Shown: positions 51,851 through 55,920 of the stretch, piece after piece
How positions within the stretch are numbered: the stretch's first letter is position 1
How the letters are laid out: each line of letters begins with the position of its first letter
Source: a virus
Lineage: Duplodnaviria; Caudoviricetes
Strand: one strand, 5' to 3'
DNA: 55,920 bases
IMG/VR virus record: IMGVR_UViG_3300003324_000282
Span: 1-55,920 of that record
The notes under the pieces: generated by a model
The model's input: the letters and a program-made list of their open reading frames with translations, nothing else
What the model was told of the DNA's origin: nothing
The model's database searches: none
Made by a program: the position numbers and the translations under genes

Positions 51851-51908
51851 GGAGTAGAATATCTACGCTTCTTGTCCTATGTTTTTTGGTAGAGAAGGGA
51901 GGTTTGGT

Positions 51909-52229
51909 ATGCTTGAGCGTAAATATCAGGCACAATTGATTAAGACATTACGCGAAATGTTTCCAGGATGTATCATTCTCAAAAATGATACCGAATACAT
52001 GCAAGGTGTACCAGATCTCACTATTCTCTGGCATGATCGATGGGCTATGCTTGAGGTAAAGGGAACGAAAGATTCTCCAGAACAAGCTAATCAAAGGTTC
52101 TATGTTGAGTCAATGAATGACATGTCTTTCGCTGCCTTTATCTATCCAGAGAATGAAAGGAAAGTGTTGGATGAACTTCAACAAGCATTTAGATCTCGTC
52201 GATCAACACGCCTTTCTCTCACCAAGTAA
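51909..52229 (+). CDS. VRR-NUC domain nuclease (Holliday resolvase-like)
   Basis: LE...Q, GVPDL, LEVK, NQ PD-(D/E)XK motifs; RBS GGGAGG. Confidence 0.85.
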   Translation: MLERKYQAQLIKTLREMFPGCIILKNDTEYMQGVPDLTILWHDRWAMLEVKGTKDSPEQANQRFYVESMNDMSFAAFIYPENERKVLDELQQAFRSRRSTRLSLTK

Positions 52230-52728
52230 GTATCACTGGATCAACTATAGTGAGGAAAAATTAGAGCGTGTCTTTGTTGCACATGAAGCTGCTCGTCGAG
52301 GCAGTGATTTACATAATCTTGCACATGAAGCAATTCGACTTGGTGTTAAGCTTGCAGGTAGAAATACACTAGGCTTGTATGTTAATGATGCTATTGGTTA
52401 TCGTATGACCTGTGAACAAGTTTTATATTTTTCACCAAATGCGTTTGGAACCGCGGATACTATTTCTTTCCGTCGTAACAAGCTTAGGATTCATGATTTG
52501 AAAACTGGGGTCTATCCATGTTCTGAACATCAGCTTGAGGTTTATGCTGCTCTGTTCTGTCTTGAATACGGATTCAAACCAGCTAACATTGAGATTGAAC
52601 TTCGTATTTACCAGTCTGACGAAGCTCGTATTTATGAGGCTGACCCAGACATTATTACACACATCATGGATAGAATTATAACGTTTGACAAGAAGATCAA
52701 CGAACTTAGATTGGAGGCGATGTCATGA
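52171..52728 (+). CDS. Cas4/RecB-like PD-(D/E)XK exonuclease
   Basis: HAFLSPS..W, G..LH, FGTAD, IHDLKTG, QL.VYA. Confidence 0.8.
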   Translation: MNFNKHLDLVDQHAFLSPSKYHWINYSEEKLERVFVAHEAARRGSDLHNLAHEAIRLGVKLAGRNTLGLYVNDAIGYRMTCEQVLYFSPNAFGTADTISFRRNKLRIHDLKTGVYPCSEHQLEVYAALFCLEYGFKPANIEIELRIYQSDEARIYEADPDIITHIMDRIITFDKKINELRLEAMS

Positions 52729-55415
52729 TTCTAGAAGGCGAAGACGCACTCCAGCACTATGGTATTCTCCGCAAGTCAGGTAGGTATCCTTGGGGTTCTG
52801 GTGAAGACCCGGTTCAAAGAAGTAACACGTTTTTGGGTATGGTTGCCGACCTACGTGAAAAAGGACTCACCCCAAAAGAGATTGCTGTTGGGTTAGGTTT
52901 AGAGAACACTACCAATCTTCGTAATGTTACAACTATTGCTCGGGCTGAGAAGAAAGCCGCCGATGTCAGTATAGCTATTCGGTTGAAAGAAAAAGGCATG
53001 TCCAATATTGCCATTGGTAAACAAATGGGCGTTGGTGAATCTCAGGTTCGTGCATTGTTGAAAGCACATGAAGACGATAACTTGCATATTCTCAAAGCCA
53101 CTACAGAAGTTATCAAAAAACGTTGTGATGAAGTTAAGTACCTTGACGTTGGTACAGGTCAACAATATCATGTACCTACTGGTGTCAGTGAAAACAAATT
53201 CAAAGCTGCAATTGCTGCGCTTGAAGATCAAGGCTACAAAGTTCATTATCTTAAAGTTCCTCAATTGGGAACCACACATGAAACAACACATAAAGTCCTA
53301 GCACCACCAGGTGTACCATATTCTGAAGTCAGTAAGAATCGTGATAACATTCGTGGTTTTACTGAATGGACCAATGATGGTGGTAGGTCTTGGTTGGGCA
53401 TTGATCCACCAATTTCTATTAGTTCAAAGCGTCTTGGTATTCGATACAAAGAAGAAGGCGGCGCAGAAGCAGATGGTGTCATCTATGTTCGACCCGGTGT
53501 AAGAGACATTTCACTAGGTCGATCCCGTTATGCTCAGGTGCGTATTCAAATTGATGATACGCATTACATCAAGGGCATGGCAATGTACAAGGATGATCTT
53601 CCATCTGGAACCGACCTTCTTTTCAATACGAATAAGTCGAACACTGGAAATAAATTAGATGCTTTGAAGCCACTGAAGAATGATCCTGACAACCCATTTG
53701 GATCTACTGTTCGTCAGCTTAAAGATGAAAATAAAAAAGTATACTCGGCAATGAATATTGTTTATGAAGAAGGTACCTGGGAGCGTTGGTCTAATAAGTT
53801 GTCTTCACAGTTCCTATCCAAGCAAACTCCGGATCTGGTTAAGAAGCGGCTTGACCTAACGTTTGAAAAGAAGAAGTCTGAGCTAGATGAAATCATGAAG
53901 TTGACAAACCCCGCAGTTAGAAAGCATCTTCTATTCAAGTTTGCTGAAGAGGCCGATTCTTCTGCGGTTCATCTCAAGGCGGCTGGGTTCAAACGTTCTG
54001 CTGCACATGTTATCTTACCTATTACTTCTATGAAAGAAACAGAAATCTATGCACCTAACTTCAAGAATGGTGAACGAGTAGTTCTTATTCGTCATCCGCA
54101 TGCAGGTGTATTTGAGATTCCAGAACTAACTGTTAATAACCGTCATCCAGAAGCTAGAAAACTTCTTGGTCCTACCAAGGATCGTCCTGAGCCGGTTCGA
54201 GATGCAGTAGGCATTCATCCCAAGGTTGCACAACATCTTTCTGGTGCAGACTTTGATGGTGATACGGTTCTGGTAATTCCAAACAATGATAGAAGAATTA
54301 AGAACTCTCCACCATTAGCTGGGTTAAAAGACTTTGATCCGCAGATATACAAGATTCCTGATGACAGTCCAATACCCAGAATTAAACCAAAGACAAAGCA
54401 ACTACAAATGGGTGATGTTTCAAATTTGATCACCGATATGACTATCAAAGGAGCACCCCCATCCGAGCTTGCTCGAGCAGTTCGGCATTCTATGGTAGTT
54501 ATCGATGCTGAGAAACATCATCTAAACTATAAGCAATCAGCCATTGATAATGGTATTTCTCAACTTAAGAAGCGGTATCAAACAGATGCTGCTGGTAACC
54601 CTTCTTCTCGAGCTGGTGCTTCAACTTTAATTTCTAGAGCTAAGAGTCGTAAAGAAGTACCAGAGAGAAAACAAGGGTTTAAGATTAATCCTGAAACTGG
54701 TGCCAAAGAGTATCGTTATACTGGTGCAACTAAGATAGATGCAAAAGGTAGGGTTGTCCCTCGTACAACCAGGTCTACTAAGATGGCTGAAACTAATGAT
54801 GCCCGTACTCTGTTGTCTAAGGGTGGTGGTACAAAGGTAGAGCACATCTATGCAGACTATGCTAATAGACTTAAGACTATGGCTAATGATACGAGGAAAG
54901 AGTACATCAATACAAAGCCTACGCCATATGATAGTTCAGCAAGAACTGCCTACTCAAAAGAGGTGGCCTCTCTTAACGCAAAGCTCCACCTGGCTTTAAG
55001 AAACAGCCCCCTTGAAAGACAAGCCCAGGTCCTAGGAAACCGGGTCTATAAACAAAAGCTCAATGACCAACCAGACATGGATGAGTCTGAGAAGAAGAAA
55101 GTAAAAGCTCAGGCTCTAATGGAAGCTAGAACTAGGGTTGGTGCACATAAAGAACAGATCAAGATTGATGAAAATGAGTGGGCTGCTATTCAAGCAGGTG
55201 CTTTCCATAACAACACTCTCACTAAGATTCTAGACAATGCAGATCTTGATACAGTGAGGAAGCTAGCTACACCTAAGGAAACAGTACTAATGACTAACTC
55301 CAAGACAGCTAGAGCACAGTCTATGCTTAAGGGTGGTGCCACACAGGCTGAGGTTGCTGAGGCTCTTGGTGTATCACTTAGTACTCTTAAGCGTAGTCTA
55401 GGTGGTGAAGGGTAA
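52725..55415 (+). CDS. Single-chain two-barrel DNA-dependent RNA polymerase (YonO-like) with terminal HTH domains
   Basis: DG.I..QVRI..KGM first-barrel motifs; LIRHPH and SGADFDGDTV (54249-54263 encode DFDGD); HTHs GMSNIAIGKQMGVGESQVR and GATQAEVAEALGVSLSTLKR. Confidence 0.8.
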   Translation: MILEGEDALQHYGILRKSGRYPWGSGEDPVQRSNTFLGMVADLREKGLTPKEIAVGLGLENTTNLRNVTTIARAEKKAADVSIAIRLKEKGMSNIAIGKQMGVGESQVRALLKAHEDDNLHILKATTEVIKKRCDEVKYLDVGTGQQYHVPTGVSENKFKAAIAALEDQGYKVHYLKVPQLGTTHETTHKVLAPPGVPYSEVSKNRDNIRGFTEWTNDGGRSWLGIDPPISISSKRLGIRYKEEGGAEADGVIYVRPGVRDISLGRSRYAQVRIQIDDTHYIKGMAMYKDDLPSGTDLLFNTNKSNTGNKLDALKPLKNDPDNPFGSTVRQLKDENKKVYSAMNIVYEEGTWERWSNKLSSQFLSKQTPDLVKKRLDLTFEKKKSELDEIMKLTNPAVRKHLLFKFAEEADSSAVHLKAAGFKRSAAHVILPITSMKETEIYAPNFKNGERVVLIRHPHAGVFEIPELTVNNRHPEARKLLGPTKDRPEPVRDAVGIHPKVAQHLSGADFDGDTVLVIPNNDRRIKNSPPLAGLKDFDPQIYKIPDDSPIPRIKPKTKQLQMGDVSNLITDMTIKGAPPSELARAVRHSMVVIDAEKHHLNYKQSAIDNGISQLKKRYQTDAAGNPSSRAGASTLISRAKSRKEVPERKQGFKINPETGAKEYRYTGATKIDAKGRVVPRTTRSTKMAETNDARTLLSKGGGTKVEHIYADYANRLKTMANDTRKEYINTKPTPYDSSARTAYSKEVASLNAKLHLALRNSPLERQAQVLGNRVYKQKLNDQPDMDESEKKKVKAQALMEARTRVGAHKEQIKIDENEWAAIQAGAFHNNTLTKILDNADLDTVRKLATPKETVLMTNSKTARAQSMLKGGATQAEVAEALGVSLSTLKRSLGGEG

Positions 55416-55684
55416 TGGATACAGTTGACTACATGCTTACTACTACTGACAATCCTTACAATCCTTTCACTGAATTTGATGAATGGAATGCATGGGACGA
55501 AGCACAGGGCTACTACACTACTGCTTACTTAGCAAGAATTACAAGAAGTTCTGATGAGATCTCAGAAGCTAATCAGGATGTAGCCATAGAGAATGCTATC
55601 GATGAGATTGTTAAAGAGAATATTCTTGGGATTTATCGTAAGGTAAGTGCAAAGGATTATACTACTACTGGTACGATAGAGTGA
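55415..55684 (+). CDS. Small acidic protein coupled to the RNAP gene
   Basis: TAATG overlap; MLTT.DNPYNPF..FDEW..D...GY.T..YLAR. Confidence 0.75.
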   Translation: MDTVDYMLTTTDNPYNPFTEFDEWNAWDEAQGYYTTAYLARITRSSDEISEANQDVAIENAIDEIVKENILGIYRKVSAKDYTTTGTIE

Positions 55685-55812
55685 TGGTTATGCTATCTCG
55701 TATTCTCACTAGTCTCTCTACACGTAAGTGTTACAGTTGTGATGATAAAAGTTTTCATACACATCATCTAACATGGGTAGGTAGGCATCGATACATTCTT
55801 AATAAATAAAAT

Positions 55813-55856
55813 AAATTTTAAAAAATAATTTTTATAAAATTTTAAAAAATAATTTT
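55813..55856. repeat. 20-bp direct repeat in an almost pure A/T tract
   Basis: AAATTTTAAAAAATAATTTT at 55813-55832 and 55837-55856. Confidence 0.8.
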
Positions 55857-55883
55857 CATTTTGAAAAAAATTTTTACGGTATC

Positions 55884-55920
55884 GGGGGAGGGGTCCGCGA
55901 TATTTACCCCCCCTTTGCAT
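55884..55920. other. Probable right genome terminus (cos-proximal G/C dyad)
   Basis: GGGGGAGGGGT..ACCCCCCC dyad followed by TTTGCAT at the window end, after an A/T tract. Confidence 0.55.

Noticed and set aside
1-55920. Prophage or temperate lifestyle
   Set aside because: No integrase, ParAB, repressor cassette or flanking host genes recognised

Overview
The window looks like an essentially complete, linear ~55.9 kb genome of a lytic siphovirus. All credible genes are on the + strand and no integrase or repressor is visible. Gene order is: packaging/lysis/accessory genes (1-9.7 kb), portal, protease-capsid fusion and tail (9.7-27.6 kb), holin region, an island of small self-contained promoter-ORF-terminator cassettes with a tRNA-Leu(UAA) (28.9-32.8 kb), conserved unknowns, a 1256-aa helicase-primase-polymerase fusion, many small ORFs (ThyX, DUF3310, a BldC-like regulator, probable anti-defence proteins), an SF2 helicase, nucleases and an 896-aa single-chain two-barrel RNA polymerase (ADFDGD). 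The layout recalls, from memory, the AT-rich actinobacteriophage groups such as Streptomyces BI, Arthrobacter AM/AU and Rhodococcus CC. The BldC homologue points to an actinomycete host. The most interesting signal is a possible coherent system with three parts. (i) A YonO-like RNAP carries built-in HTH domains. (ii) Ten copies of a non-canonical promoter, YCGCW-N5-TAC-N6-TATAAY-GAGACCCC, drive short cassettes and two ORF-less small RNAs. (iii) An N-terminal phi-x-H|(Y/F/H)G..WG tag is shared by the RNAP and three small proteins and matches repeated phi-x-H sites in the protease-capsid precursor, suggesting protease-cleaved capsid-targeting signals and a virion-packaged RNAP. A three-way-junction RNA motif also occurs twice with covariation. 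All family assignments come from motif recognition by eye; no searches were run.
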